Below, one piece after another: positions 1-12,860 of a DNA stretch of 64,000 nt (positions are counted from its first letter, which is position 1; each line of letters starts with the position of its first letter). This stretch comes from Eledone cirrhosa. Taxonomy: Eukaryota. The translations under genes and the position numbers were made by a program. The stretch covers positions 53,258,001 through 53,322,000 of the forward strand of contig OZ024744.1 of the NCBI GenBank assembly GCA_964016885.1, read 5' to 3'. Under the pieces are notes generated by a model, which was not told where the DNA came from, did not search any database, and was given only the letters and a program-made list of their open reading frames with translations.

Positions 1-498
1 CTCCATGCTCTTACTTCAAACTCTACAGGGGTTCCACCATGCGATTCATTTTTTCGGCGACATTAATTGAGATAAACACAAGTGTACATCATTATGACAA
101 TGTAATATCGCTATTACATCATTTAGTTGAGAGCTTGGTGGTCGATCAACAGAATTGTAGAGCATCAAATGTGCCCTGTTGTAATCGTTCTGGTTCTTTG
201 TGTCCGCTATCACAGATTTTGGTGAGATAAAATTTACCTTTTATCCTTCCGAGGTCGATATATAAAATAGCTTTCTCTCTTTTACACCTCCTCCCGCACG
301 ACAGATTTTACCGCATGACACTATATGGTGGTGATGAATCATTCACAGCCACTCCTTTCCCCCAGAAATGTAGGAAGATTGAACAGAGGGTAAATAACCA
401 TATCCCACCCAGCATGCTAGAATGGGAGCAAAATAAAAGATAATGAATTAGACAGAGATACCAGAGCAGGGAATTCCGTAGAGAGATGGAGGTCAACT

Positions 499-647
499 GA
501 TCTAGTAATGAAGGTGAGAAAGTCAACAGATCTTGTAATGTAGTGAACATCAAAAAGATCTTGCAATGTAGTGACGATGAACGCATCAATAAATCTTGTT
601 ATGTAGTGAAGAGGGGAGGACATTTAATAGATCTTGCAATAGAGTGA
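499..647. repeat. Degenerate array of five ~18-bp motifs (GATCTTGYAATGTAGTGA) with 10-20 bp variable spacers
   Basis: Copies start at 499, 529, 557, 592 and 630. Confidence 0.6.
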
Positions 648-1038
648 AGTTGGGCGACTCAGCGAGGTACGGTACCAAATGCCTTGTAGTATTAGGCCTT
701 TATGATCCTACTTTCCAGAGTAGAGAAAATAAATTGAATAATATGATAGCTCGCAAAAGGACCTGAAAAGGTACCTGAGTGTATTTTTCATAGAATCCCG
801 AATCAGTCTTAGATAAACGCTGTCATAAATATAGAGCAACCGCCATCAATTCGTTAATCCACTTATTACAACTGATAGTTATGTAGAGAAAAAATCTCCA
901 ACAACGCGCAATGTCTACACAAAATGTATAGAACAATCAGCTATGAACCTGGTGCTTTAGTGTGGTTCTAGAGGGCAATGAACTAATGAAACAAAGAACA
1001 TACGAAGTATTGCTATATTGCCGGCAATCCTCAATTAG

Positions 1039-1365
1039 GAAGGCACGTGGCTTAATGGTTAAGGTGATTGGTTTATGTTCGTAACGTCATAATATCAAAT
1101 TATGTTGGTACGTTGTATCCTTGAGCAATCACTCTATTTTCCCAGTCAACTCAACTTTAAAAAAAAAATGAGTTTTATCTATAATTCAAAGCTTCAGCCT
1201 TGACGCACTCTGTCATGCTGAGTCTCCCAGGGAACTGACTTAAGCGGACAGAGGCCTGTGGAATGCTCAGGCACTTGCACGTTAATTTCACGAAAAGATT
1301 ATTCCGTTGGTCAAACAAGTGGAGCACCCATCGTCGAATCCGACGGAAGTCTATTGAATCCGTCA
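1039..1365 (+). mobile_element. Old tRNA-derived SINE-like repeat (family B)
   Basis: A-box-like head (GTGGCTTAATGGTTAAGG). The body resembles 5340-5525. Confidence 0.45.
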
Positions 1366-1540
1366 TTACGAATAATTAAATTGTAATTTAGCTGAAATTA
1401 TATAAATAATCGATACTGATCATTAATATGTTGGATTGAATTAGTCTTGGTTAAGATATTTTGCTCCTAGTGGTACCACATATACTAAATAAGAAATAGA
1501 AAATATAAATATCATAAAAAATAACAGTAAAAATAGAATA

Positions 1541-1770
1541 TATGTATAGTATATTTGACAATATACCGTATGTTTAATCAAAAACATTTTGAAGACGATT
1601 CGCTATGAATTTTAAAGTAGTGACTACGTCACACACTTACTGTCGATTACTCACCTTTGCTTTTACCGAGACTAAGTAAGTGACGTAGTCACAACTATAA
1701 AACTCATAGCGAATGGTCTTCAAAATGTTTTTAAAATAAACACAGTATATTATCAAATATATTATACGTA
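1541..1770. mobile_element. Fold-back MITE with ~95-bp imperfect inverted arms
   Basis: TATATTTGACAATATAC...GTGACTACGTCAC pairs with GTGACGTAGTCAC...GTATATTATCAAATATA. Confidence 0.7.
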
Positions 1771-1990
1771 CATTCATATATGCATCACTATTTCAGAACA
1801 CCTATATCAATTAGTAAAAATAGAGTAATTGAAAGTTTTCTGTTTTCATTCCTTAATGCAACCTTAAGTATTGATGGGCACATGTATCAGGAATTAGAAA
1901 GATGGGGGTCTACTACTACAAGGCATTTAACCTATTAAGTGCCTCTCCCAACAATCCATATCAAGATTCTACAAGAATTAGCATTACTGG

Positions 1991-2020
<30 letters not shown>

Positions 2021-2025
<5 letters not shown>

Positions 2026-2252
2026 AAAGAATAGAGGTGTAACACACAAGTTATTATATATTGGTAAACGGAATAGAAAATGCTGACAAATTGTTCACAG
2101 TTGAAAAATGGTTTAATTAGGAATAAAAGAGTATTAGTGATTGTATGGGTTAGTATTCAGTTGTGGTTTTAAGTTTTTAAGTTTTTACCGGTTGCGCATT
2201 TCTAAATGCTTTTCAAAAATAATTTTGAGATAGAGTGTCCGTGCTGTTTGCT
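2021..2252 (-). mobile_element. PLE pseudo-LTR fragment with variant HHR motif (2182-2220)
   Basis: Near-identical reverse complement of 26739-26970. It ends at a (TA)n tract. Minus strand reads TTGAAAA-GCATT-TAGA-AATGC-GCAA-CCGG-TA. Confidence 0.6.
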
Positions 2253-2414
2253 GGTGACAAAGAAGTGTTCCATCATTATGTTCTTCTATTTTTTCTGTTC
2301 AAGTTCTAGCTGTCTGATGTTGTCATAGCTCTTGAATAATGGTTATCACTGAAATATATATAACAGCAAATATAAATAAACGAGGTTAATTTTAACTTGT
2401 TGACTTACACTTTT

Positions 2415-2466
<52 letters not shown>

Positions 2467-2792
2467 AAATGTGTGAAATTCTTGGTACCGTCAGACATAT
2501 TTAAAAAAGGAAAATAATGACTCCACTTGTAGTCAATTTCAACAATTTCATGTAATTTTATATTATGATCTGGTAGATCAACCTAATCATAATATTATAA
2601 AACATGTTTAAACATATATACATAAATATAATTTCAGCGATATATATATATATATATATATGTATATTATATATATAAACACACACACACACGTATATGA
2701 TCAATAAGTTGAAGTATGATTCAAATGCACTGACAACTTCTACATTATATATATATATATTTTTTTTTTTACTTCAAAAACCTTGTTTATTA

Positions 2793-2973
2793 ATAATTGT
2801 TTCTACATTTGGCACAAAGCCAACACATACCCAGTACATTACTGGTACTTTATTTTATCGATCCCGTAAGGATGAAAGGCAAAGTTAACCTCGACGGGAT
2901 TTGAACTCAGATCGTAAAGGGACGTAAATCTTTGCGTCAAAGCATGGCGTCCGACCCTCTACTGATACTGCCA
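2793..2973 (-). mobile_element. tRNA-derived SINE (family A)
   Basis: B-box GAGTTCAAATCC and core ACTTTGCCTTTCATCCTTACGGG..GATAAAATAAAGTACCAGT, shared with more than 10 copies in the window. Confidence 0.85.
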
Positions 2974-3076
2974 CGTAAATAATATTATTATTTCTTTCCA
3001 ATTTCCTTAACATGTTCAACATCACATTATTTTCTCTCCAACATTTTATACCGATATAAATTCCTCCCTTTGATAA

Positions 3077-4312
3077 CACCGTATAACATATGTTTTGTTC
3101 CCCGGTTCTAAGTGTCAATACACTATTATTTAATCAGAAGTTTGGGTTTGTAGTCAGGAGTTTTATATTTCGAAATGTTCATATTTTTTAAGAAAAAACA
3201 CATTTTAAAAAAATTTATCAGTTCATATAATTAAATCAATAGAGTATATATTTATTTTATTACACAAGCTTATCAAAAGCAAACAAGTAAAAATAAATAA
3301 CACTTATAAAGCAACTTATACACGTCAGAAATGACTGGATTTCCTAGATTTGCGGTTTTAGTCCAGGTCGCATTCCCGACACTAGCCCCCAGATATAGTC
3401 CCCATCATTTTTTCATTGTAGTGGGCCTGGTACCTCCGCTCTATCTCTTTCACATCTTGGTGGAATCGTTCGCCTTGCTCTTCTGAGTAGGTGCCCATAT
3501 TGTCCTTGAATTTTTCCAGGTGAGCGTCCAGCATATGGAGTTTAAGCGACATCCTGCATCCCATGGCGCCAAAAGCCTTTATCAGATCCTGCACCAGTTG
3601 CTGGTAGTTTTCAGCTCTGTAGTTGCCCAGGAAGCCCTTAACAACTGCCTTGAAACAGTTCCATGCTGTTCTCTCAATCCTATTGAGCTTATTGGAGAAC
3701 TTGGTAGACTCAAACACCTTCTTTATCTGAGGTCCAACAAAAATTCCACCTTTGATTTTGGCCTCAGATAACATGGGGAATAACTCAAGAAGTTACTTAA
3801 AAGCGGCTTATTCTTGGTTGAGAGCCTTCACAAACTGCTTCATCAACCCCAACTTAATGTGCAGTGGCGGCATAACCACGATCCTGGCTCCCACATGATG
3901 TTCCGGTCCCAACTACAAATTCTGTTCGTTGCTCCCAGTTCTTTCTTTTGTAGTGGTCAGAGGTGGCTCTGCTGTCCCAAGGGCAGAGGAAACATTGGAA
4001 TTTGATAAAGCCTCCTTGGAGTCCAAGCAGGAAAGCCACCATCTTGAAGTCTCCAATGATTTCCCAATTGTACTGGTTGTATTGCAGAGCTTCCAAGAGG
4101 ACTTTCACACACTGTTGTAATCTTCCTTCAGGCAGACTGAATGAGCTAGGGGCAGTGTCAGGAACTTGTTTCCATTGTGGAGGAGGACAGCCTTCAAACT
4201 TGTGGTGGAGCTGTCTATAAATAGCCGCCACTCCTTGGGCACAAACGGCACCCCAATAACGTCAAACAGTCCAGGCACGTCATGGCAGAAGCAGAGGCCA
4301 TCCCTAAGAGTG
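3077..4312 (-). mobile_element. Chapaev3-like (CMC) DNA transposon remnant, transposase pseudogene with one terminus
   Basis: Frameshifted peptides EWRLFIDSS..LKAVLLHNGN, GDFKMVAFLLGLQGGF, PLHIKLGLMKQFV, GIFVGPQI, MSLKLHMLDAHL, SEEQGERFHQD. The terminus TAA|CACCGT(A/G)TAACA is shared with the copy at 51910. Confidence 0.75.
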
Positions 4313-4650
4313 CAAAATGATTCGCTTAATTACATAAGTAAGCATTCTAACCATCCAGCCAGCATAACCACGAAGCTGGTAAGAAACGTTGCTTTGAGGC
4401 TTTCCCGTCTATCTACAAACGAGCATATTTTCACCGACCATTCCACATATTACAATGAAGCTCTTGCTCGAAGTGGATTTGTCGATAAGGTAGCATATAC
4501 TGAGTATGAGCAGAGACCTAGGAAAAATAGATCCCGACGCATTATATGGTATAACCCACCATATAATATGGAGGTGGCCATACCATTAGCTAAGATCTTT
4601 CTCTCCCTTATTAAGACGCATTTCCCACCAGCACATAAATATAATAATAT
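4313..4650 (+). mobile_element. PLE (Naiad-like) RT-thumb/linker fragment
   Basis: SNHPASI..YYNEALARSGF..IIWYNPPYN, homologous to 30740-31060. Confidence 0.75.
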
Positions 4651-5189
4651 TTTAATATATATATATATTTACTTATCTGTCCATCACTCTTTCTATGTAT
4701 TGTTATAGCACGTTTTTCTACTATCGCTATGTATCTAAATATTTACTTTGTCATATAATATTGTAACCTCAATGAGTATTAAGTAAGGCTTATCTGTTCA
4801 TAATGTTAATTCCCATCAGCGTCCAGTTCACGGTTAGTTGGCATATTTTCTCTTTACCTCTTCTCCTTATTTTTTTTCTAAATACTTCTTTTTAAGCGGT
4901 GTACCAACCGGGTTTACATATTTAGATTTCATGAATACTAAGAAAAATCCCGAATGAGTTTTTATGAGAAATCCAGCGTTGGGATACAAGTCATGATACT
5001 TATATTACCAGTGACACGCCGTTCGTTATGAGAAATCCGCCGGTGGTGCAGAGGTCGCATATGTATGTCAGCTTTAACACGCCGGTGGTTGTTTTTAGAT
5101 GATTCTCGGGGAAATGTGAAAAAGGTCAGTAATGTTTTGGTAAAATATTTTTCGATTTCATTGCAATACCCTACTTTTTTCGTGGGATA

Positions 5190-5525
5190 TAATATGGCCG
5201 AATGGTTAAACAGTTCAATTCGAGACCCCGGTGTCAATTCTCCTGGACAAGTGACATTTACCATAGCCTCGGATCGACCAATGACTCGTGAATGTAATAA
5301 AATTGGGTAGACGGAAACTTTTCGGAAGCCTGTCGGGTGAATTCTACTTGTAATTCAAAAGGCCAGCTTCGTCACACACTGTGTCAGGTTGAATATTTCT
5401 GGGAATTATGTTAAAGATGCATGATTGTGGAACACTCAATCATACATTGATTACATAAGCAAGCTTGCCCATTGATCGAACAACTGAAATACTCACCATA
5501 GAAACCGACGAAGATGTATTCCATT
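5190..5525 (+). mobile_element. Old SINE-like repeat (family B)
   Basis: TGGCCGAATGGTTAA head. The body is similar to 1195-1360. Confidence 0.4.
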
Positions 5526-6051
5526 CCTTAGATTTTGAAAATTTCCAGCTACATAATATCAAAACTAATTTTATAAATATATAAGTAAAAAAAAAAAAAG
5601 GATATATTTACAAACGCATACTTGAAACTAAAATTTGTACATATTCTAAATGACACGATTATTTCTAAAAACTAGAATTTCGACATACTGAACAAAAAGT
5701 CACTGCACATTATTAACTGTCCTCCAGAGAGAGATATTATCCTTAAAAAAAACACACAACAAAGAAACACACAAGCGGATAAAAAAATTGCCTTTCAATC
5801 GACAATTTAACAACGGGAGCCACATCTAATGTCGGAAGTATAAACAAAGAGGTGGGTGAAGACAGCAGCTTTAACTGATGTTGTTTATATCATTAGTTTT
5901 ATGACTGAAGTTAACGATTGGTTTTAAAACTTGTATGGAAAATTTATTGCATTCGGTACGGCCTCAAACCAATATGTATCTGGAGTTAGAGAGGTTAAAC
6001 TACTTCTTTGTGTTCGTCGTCTGATTGATGGCTGCTATAATTTTAATTAAT

Positions 6052-6303
6052 TTAAGGCCCACCACCATCACATTCCATTTTCATTTTCTTACCCCGGAAG
6101 TATTCTAACATCAAAATTTCATGAGAAGTACAGTAAAAAGTACAGTGTTGTTTTGTTTTGTCATACTTTACTCCCAATTTACCTCATTTTCCTCGTTTAT
6201 TTTTAACCTACATTTTACTGACTTTCCCAGAAGAATTTTAACTATACAATATGTTTACTTTTCACAGTGAAAAGTGAAAATTTGACATGTTAGTGTACCT
6301 TAA
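6052..6303. mobile_element. Possible Kolobok-like MITE
   Basis: TTAA|GG...CC|TTAA ends with weak imperfect terminal inverted repeats ending in ATTTTCA. Confidence 0.35.
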
Positions 6304-6310
6304 CTGTCAA

Positions 6311-6367
<57 letters not shown>

Positions 6368-6798
6368 ATGCTTTGGGAGGGTCATGTTGCCAATAAGAAA
6401 CACACGCACCAGTTGCTTTCACTCCAATTTATTATAAATTAAATTTATAAATTTAAGAATTTATAAAATTCCGGTTGGTTGGTTCCACAACCGGACGGTT
6501 GTTCATATATTGTCAAAATTCTTTCGTCAGACATTATGTGACCTCTTCAGTGACTGGGGATTCTTTTCTTTGTTTTTGTGCCTCTCCTTTGTTCTGTCCT
6601 ACGCAATCTTGTTTTTGTGTGTGTTGTGTGCTTAGTTTTGCGCATGTGTTACATCCGAGTGTATGTGTGTGTTTATATTTGTTTGTTTATTTGTTTATTT
6701 ACATGTTACTGGTTGGTTGTTTGTTCTATGTGTGTGTGTATTTTCATTTTGTCCTTAATTGAAAGTTGTGATGTTACTATTCCATTCATGTTTTCTAT

Positions 6799-9700
6799 TT
6801 AATTTGGTTGGAGTTCATTTATGTTTATTGCCTCTGTGATTTGTCTAAACATTGCGTCTTTTCTGTGTGTAGATTCCATTTTTATTTCTATGTTCTCTAA
6901 TTTACCCTTATGTTTTATTTTAGCATGTTGGTGGAGTACAGATGATTCTTTTCTATCGTGAAGCTCTCGCCAGTGTTCATTTATCCGTTCTCCTATACTA
7001 CGAGCTGTCTCACCTATGTACACTATATTCTTATCCCTACATTGTCCTTCACTACATCTTATGCTATATACTACATTTCTAGTTTTACAGTTAATATGGG
7101 GGCTTAGTTTACAGATTATACATTTCTCATCTATACAGGGAGGTCTTTGAAAATGGTATATATTGCTAATAAGTGTATTTATGGAGGTACCTGGTCTTTC
7201 TACTATCTTAATATTGAGTTTATGTTTATCTAGGGCCCTTCTAAATTTGTAAGCTAATTAATCTCTAGGGGTTGTATTGATGAACATTACACTCTGGTAT
7301 GTATTGCTATCATGCCATGATATTATTCTATTAATCTTATTCCTAGTTCTTTCTATTCTATTCCAAAATGTGCTCCTATACAAGGGGCAGGTCCCATTTG
7401 TATGATTATTTACCAGTTTTTCCCATTGGCTTCTGGCTCCTCTATATACTCTGATTTTATCTCTCTGATTGTAACCAGAGAACTGCATACGGTGGATGAT
7501 GTGTTGTATGTGTCTCTCTAGTTCTTTGGGGTTGCACATGCGGGACACGTTTCTCATCACCTGTACCAAATCCGCAATCAGTATGTTGATTTTGATATGG
7601 TCCGAAACAGCTGAGTTTCGGTGGATCAGATATTTGGAAGTCATGGGTTTGGCATAATGGGTATGGAGGATTTGTTTTTTGTTATTAATGGTTTCTAACC
7701 AGAGCTCTGTGTCTAGTACAGGTAATCGATGGTTGGGGTGTTTGCTTGGGTAGTCTCTAGTCATTCTAATACTCTGGTGGATGGAGTTATCTATTTGGTG
7801 GATGCTTTCCAAGGTGTTTTTCTCTAATTCCTGACTGTTCTCTAGTGGGGGATGCTTTTATTACGATGTTTATATGATCAACGTAGCGGGAGTACATTAT
7901 CAGTGTTAAGAGGTTGCTGTCTTCTAATTGTTCTTTAAGTTTAAGTTTAAGTCAATTGTCCCACTATACCATGAATAGGTTAGCTATGTCACCTGAAATG
8001 CTAACACCAATGGCTGCTCGCTCCTCTTGGGCATATGTTTTTCCCTTAAATTTGAATATATGTTCCTTAAGGGTTAATTTTATACTGGCCCCCACCGCAT
8101 GTGCAATCATTTTCTTTAGTTCATCGTGGTTTTCGGGTGTCCGTATGAATCTGGTCCACCCGTTCCATCTATCTGTGTGGGTTTTCTTGGCCATTGAGGT
8201 AATGATAGGTGGTATGCCTCTTGCTGGTCTTTTAGAGCACAGGTTGCTAAGGTCATGTGTATCTAGATAATCATTACTATAGGTAAGTTTAAGTATCAGT
8301 CCCAGCTCACTGGTATCAATCTCACGGAATTCAACATTGCTCTCACTGATCATTTCTACGCATTTCTCCATAGCAAAATCCACGTCAATGGATGGATATA
8401 GGGACACAACATCCATACTACCTATTATACAGTTTGTTAGGTCCCTAGATCGGTTACTTTCGCTGATTCTACTGAGGAGGTCGTCCGTGCTGTCACATAT
8501 ATCTGGGGACATTTCAATGATGGGGCGTATGATCAGGGAGAGGAAATAGGAAAGTCTGTAGTTACTAGCAATGTTAGCTCCACAGACTGGTTGTGTTGGT
8601 TGTCCTGTGTCAGGGTCTCTGCTCGTTTTATGTTCATTTTGAAGCCCATACAACGCTGGCATGTTATTGTTCCAGGCCTGGAAGTTGTTTTCAGTCCTTT
8701 TATTCGGCTGCATTATATTTTTCCGCATCATCATATAGGCATTGAGGGTTTTTTTCCTATCCTCATGCTCTTGTGGTGTTACGTCTCTTGAGTTAGTGAT
8801 GTGGGGTTGCATTGCCTGGATGTAGTTTGCCAGACTGTCAACCGACATTCTGCCACACTTGTCTGTTGGAAAGCATGCAATCTCTCCATTACGCGAGCGC
8901 TGCATGAGCTTACGCAAGCTATTTGCAGATTTTTCTCCCAGTTGCTGGGCCTCCATTCTATTTTGCTTCTTGCTATACTGTTCTATAATATTTTTAAATT
9001 TAGATCTAGCTATACTAAATTGTGCTTCTGTTTCTTCATCGACCTGCGACGGCAATTGCATGCGTTTGTTAAAAGCTAAAGTCGTGGCGTGGACTCATCG
9101 TAGGTCGAAGGACATATCGGAAGGATTATAAAAAGTAGAGATCCCGGCTGCTGCTTTATGTGTACTATTGATATTGTTATTGTTAGTTGTATTGTTTCTA
9201 TTTATATTTCCACCAACAGCCTCATGGTTGTTTCTATGTCTCTCATTATTACTCCTGTCTCTTTCCTCTGGCTCATTGTTATTATCTACTCTATTTTGTG
9301 TGTCTGTGTGTTCGTCCTGGTTATTTTCTCTGTCAGTATCGATAGTCTCCCTTCTCCCTTCAATCCATTACCTTCCCTTACTACTGTGTTACTGTCATTA
9401 CCTGTTTTCTGTGCCTGTGTGTTTGTTAAGATTGTGGTGGTGGTGAGAGGCATAGAATGTGTATGTGTTGTTGTTGTTGTTGATGTGTGCTGTTGTTAAT
9501 GTGTGTTGTTGTTGTCTCCGTGTATGTTATTATTGTTGTTTCTGTCTATGTGTCTGTTGTTGTTTCTGAGTATGTTATTGTTGTTGATGTGTATGTTGTT
9601 GTTATCGTTGTTTGTGTCTGTGTGTCTGTTGTTGTTGGGATGTGTGTGTGTGTGTGCGTATGTTGTTAATTTTGTTTTTGTTTTTGTTTTTGAGGCTCCA

Positions 9701-10426
9701 ACGTAATTTTGTAAATGATTTTTCTATTTCTGACAAGCATTTTATCATATTTACCTTATTATATGTGGCATATTTAGGTGGTAGCTGTAATATCGATAAT
9801 TCATCAGAGTCGACTGTAGTGTTCCCGTATATATTTGTGTTGTTGTTGTTGAATTCATCTGTTAATGAGATGTCGGCAATGTTTATACCGTCAATCTTGT
9901 CAGGATATCTATCGCTATTCTCTAAAGTTTCTTGGTCTAGTTTCATCTGTTTGAGCCACCTTAAATTCTTGTTAAAGTGCTTGTCACGTTCTTGAACAAT
10001 GTACTTTTCTTCAAGACATATAAGGTTTATAAATATTAATTTTTCTCTTGGTGTGGTGATCTTAGTTATTTCTTGTATTAGGTTACGCCTATGTTTTTCT
10101 TGATGACTTAATTCTCTGTAAATCTTCTTTTTTATGTTTAGAATTAGTGTTCGTTTTAGGCCATCTGCTTGCTTTTTGGTAAGTTGTAATCTTCTTACAT
10201 CTGTGTTGATGGTGTTGGTGTAAACTCGGGACGAGGCACATTCTTTTATGAAGTGTAGTTGTCGAGATGTTATTGTTTTTCGTAGACAACAAAACATGGT
10301 AGTTTTCAGTATCTTATTAGCCTGGCTAAGGCTTACGATATTTCGTTTCTGAATTTGTTCAGCAAGATTCTTTATCTGAAAACGTGTGTTGAAACCGATA
10401 TTGTTATGCTTTGGGAGAGTCATGTT
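6799..10426 (-). pseudogene. PLE RT + GIY-YIG endonuclease ORF, disrupted
   Basis: MTLPKHNN start, PTDK, SMDVVSLYPSI, AIGVSISGDIAN, YSRYVDH (YxDD mutated), LPVLD, Cys-rich linker, NVVYSI..YIGET. Confidence 0.9.
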
Positions 10427-10549
10427 GCCAATAAGAAACACACGCACCAGTTGCTTTCACTCCAATTTATTATAAATTAAATTTATAAATTTAAGAATTT
10501 ATAAATTTCCGGTTGGTTGGTTCCACAACCAGACGGTTGTTCATATAGT

Positions 10550-10592
10550 GTCAAAGTTCTTTCGTCACACATTCTGTGACCTCTTCAGTGAC
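10550..10592 (-). ncRNA. Minimal type I hammerhead ribozyme in PLE pLTR
   Basis: GTCA-CTGAAGA-GGTCACAGAATGTGTGAC-GAAA-GAAC-TT-TGAC. Paralogues at 6512-6554(-), 11988-12030(+), 38318-38360(-), 38987-39029(+) and 39463-39505(+). Confidence 0.8.
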
Positions 10593-12260
10593 TGAGGATT
10601 CTTTTCTTTGTTTTTGTGCCTCTCCTTTGTTCTGTCCTACGCCATCTTGTTTTTGTGTGTGTTGTGTGCTTAGTTTGCGCATGTGTTACATCCGGGTGTC
10701 TGTGTGTGTTTATACTTGTTTATTAATTTGTTTATTTACATGTTACTGTTTGGATGTTTGTTCTATGTGTGTGTGTGTTTTCATTTTGCCCTTAATTATA
10801 AGTTGTGATGTTGCTATTCCATTCATTTTATCTATTTAATTTGGTTGGAATTCATTTATGTTTTTTGCCTCTGTGATTTGTCTAAACATTGCGTCTTTTC
10901 TGTGTGTAGATTCTATTTTTATTTGTATGTTCTCTAATTTACCCATATGTTCTATTTTAGTATGTTGGTGGAGTACAGATGATTCTTTTCTATCTTGAAG
11001 CTCTCGCCAGTATTCATTTATCCGTTCTCCTATACTACAAGCTGTCTCACCTATGTACACTATATTCTTATCTCTACATTGTCCTTCACTACATCTTATG
11101 CTATATACTACATTTTTAGTTTTACAGTTAATATGGGGGCTTAGTTTACAGATTATACATTTCTTATCTATACAGGGAGGTCTTTGAAAAGGGTATGTAT
11201 TGCTAATAAGTGTTTTTATGGAGGTACCTGGTCTTTCTACTATCTTAATATTGAGTTTATTTTTATCTAGGGCCCTTCTAAATTTGTAAGCTAATTCACC
11301 TCTAGGGGTTGTATTGATGAACATTACACTCTGGTATTTCTTGCTATCATACCATGAGATTATTCTATTAACCTTATTCCTAGTTCTTTCTATTCTATTC
11401 CAAAATGTGCTCCTATTCAAGGGGCAGGACCCATTTATATCCTTATTTAGCATTTATCTCCCATTTTGTTCTGGCTCCTTTATATACTCTGATTTTATCT
11501 CTCTGATTGTAACCAGAAAACTGCATACGGTGGATGAAGTGTTGTATGTGTCTCTCTAGTTCTTTGGGGTTGCACATGCGGGACACGTTTCTCCTCACCC
11601 GTACCAAATCCGCAATCAGTATGTTGATTTTGGTGTGGTCCGAAACAGCTGAGTTTCGGTGGATCAGATATTTGGAAGTCATGGGTTTGGCATAATGGGT
11701 ATGGAGGATTTGTTTTTTGTTATTAATGGTTTCTCCAACCAAAATTATATAGAAAACATGAATGGAATAGCAACATCACAACTTACAATTAAGGGCAAAA
11801 TGAAAACACACGCACACACACATAGAACAAACAACCAACCAGTAACATGTAAATAAACAAATAAATAAACAAATATAAACACAGACAGACACCCGGTTGT
11901 AACACAACAAGTACACAACACACACAAAAACAAGATGGCGTAGGACAGGACAAAGGAGAGGTACAAAAACAAAGAAAAGAATCCCCAGTCATTGAAGAGG
12001 TCACATAATGTGTGACGAAAGAACTTTGACACTATATGAACAACCGTCCGGTTGTGGAACCAACCAACCGGAAATTTATAAATTCTTAAATTTATAAATT
12101 TAATTTATAATAAATTGGAGTGAAAGCAACTGGTGCGTGTGTTTCTTATTGGCAACATGACACTCCCAAAGCATAACAATATCGGTTTCAACACACGTTT
12201 TCAGATAAAGAATCTTGCTAAACAAATTCAGAAACGATATATATATATATATATATATAT

Positions 12261-12860
12261 AAGAAAAAGTTATCGCTCTACATGGCTGAAATCAATAAAT
12301 ATAATCTGAGTTTTTCGAATATTAATAATAATATTCGATTCGTTTGCAACTATGCAAACAACCTCTTTTTTAAAGCCATCTCAGTAGTGTTGGCATGTAA
12401 ACAGAACTGCAGATACTAATGTTTTTGGGTATCACCCTTCATCAGTACAGGTCACTGTTCACCTGCCAAACTTTCAGAGCTTGTGAAAATATATGCTATA
12501 TTCTAAAATATACAGTGACTGATCGGCCTGATTTGCATATTAACAGACTGGCTGATCAGTCAGATATGCATATTAGCAGATCCACTGATCAGCCTGATTT
12601 GCTTATCAGCAGACAGGCCAGTCAATTTCCTGTATACGAGCGCTTAATGGCCGGCTTTGACATATTCAAATAAATAAAATAAAAAATGTATCGCTCTACA
12701 TGGCTGAATGAAATAAATGTAATCTGAGTTTTTCGAATATTAATAACAATATTCGATTCCTTTGCAATTATGCAAGCAGCCTCTTTAAAGCCATGTCAGT
12801 AGAATGACCCTGTTATTCTACTGACATGGCATATAAACACAACGGCAAATATTGATATGT
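12261..12860 (-). mobile_element. Non-coding ~418-bp unit with terminal direct repeats and degenerate HHR-like motif (retrozyme-like)
   Basis: TATCGCTCTACATGGCTGAA... occurs at 12271 and 12689. CTGATGA-AGGGTGATACCC lies on the minus strand at 12407-12450. A 33-bp triple repeat spans 12519-12617. Confidence 0.55.

Larger units (their letters stand above)
6362..12238 (-). mobile_element. Neptune-like Penelope element: full ORF remnant, partial tandem copy and inverted pseudo-LTR
   Basis: The pLTR occurs at 6362-6800 and 10400-10836 (direct) and at 11745-12238 (inverted). 10836-11742 repeats the C-terminal part of the ORF. Both outer ends abut (TA)n. Confidence 0.92.

Noticed and set aside
39-623. 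Host protein-coding exons (also 13060-13330 and 45220-45500)
   Set aside because: No recognisable motifs or supportable splice structure. Small exons cannot be excluded without RNA-seq.
499-647. CRISPR array
   Set aside because: Eukaryotic context, short degenerate repeats, short uneven spacers and no cas genes.
9070-9690. Foreign insertion in the PLE ORF
   Set aside because: More simply a native low-complexity linker between KLRW and SFDLR. Its absence at 40362 is part of a larger deletion that also removes RT sequence.
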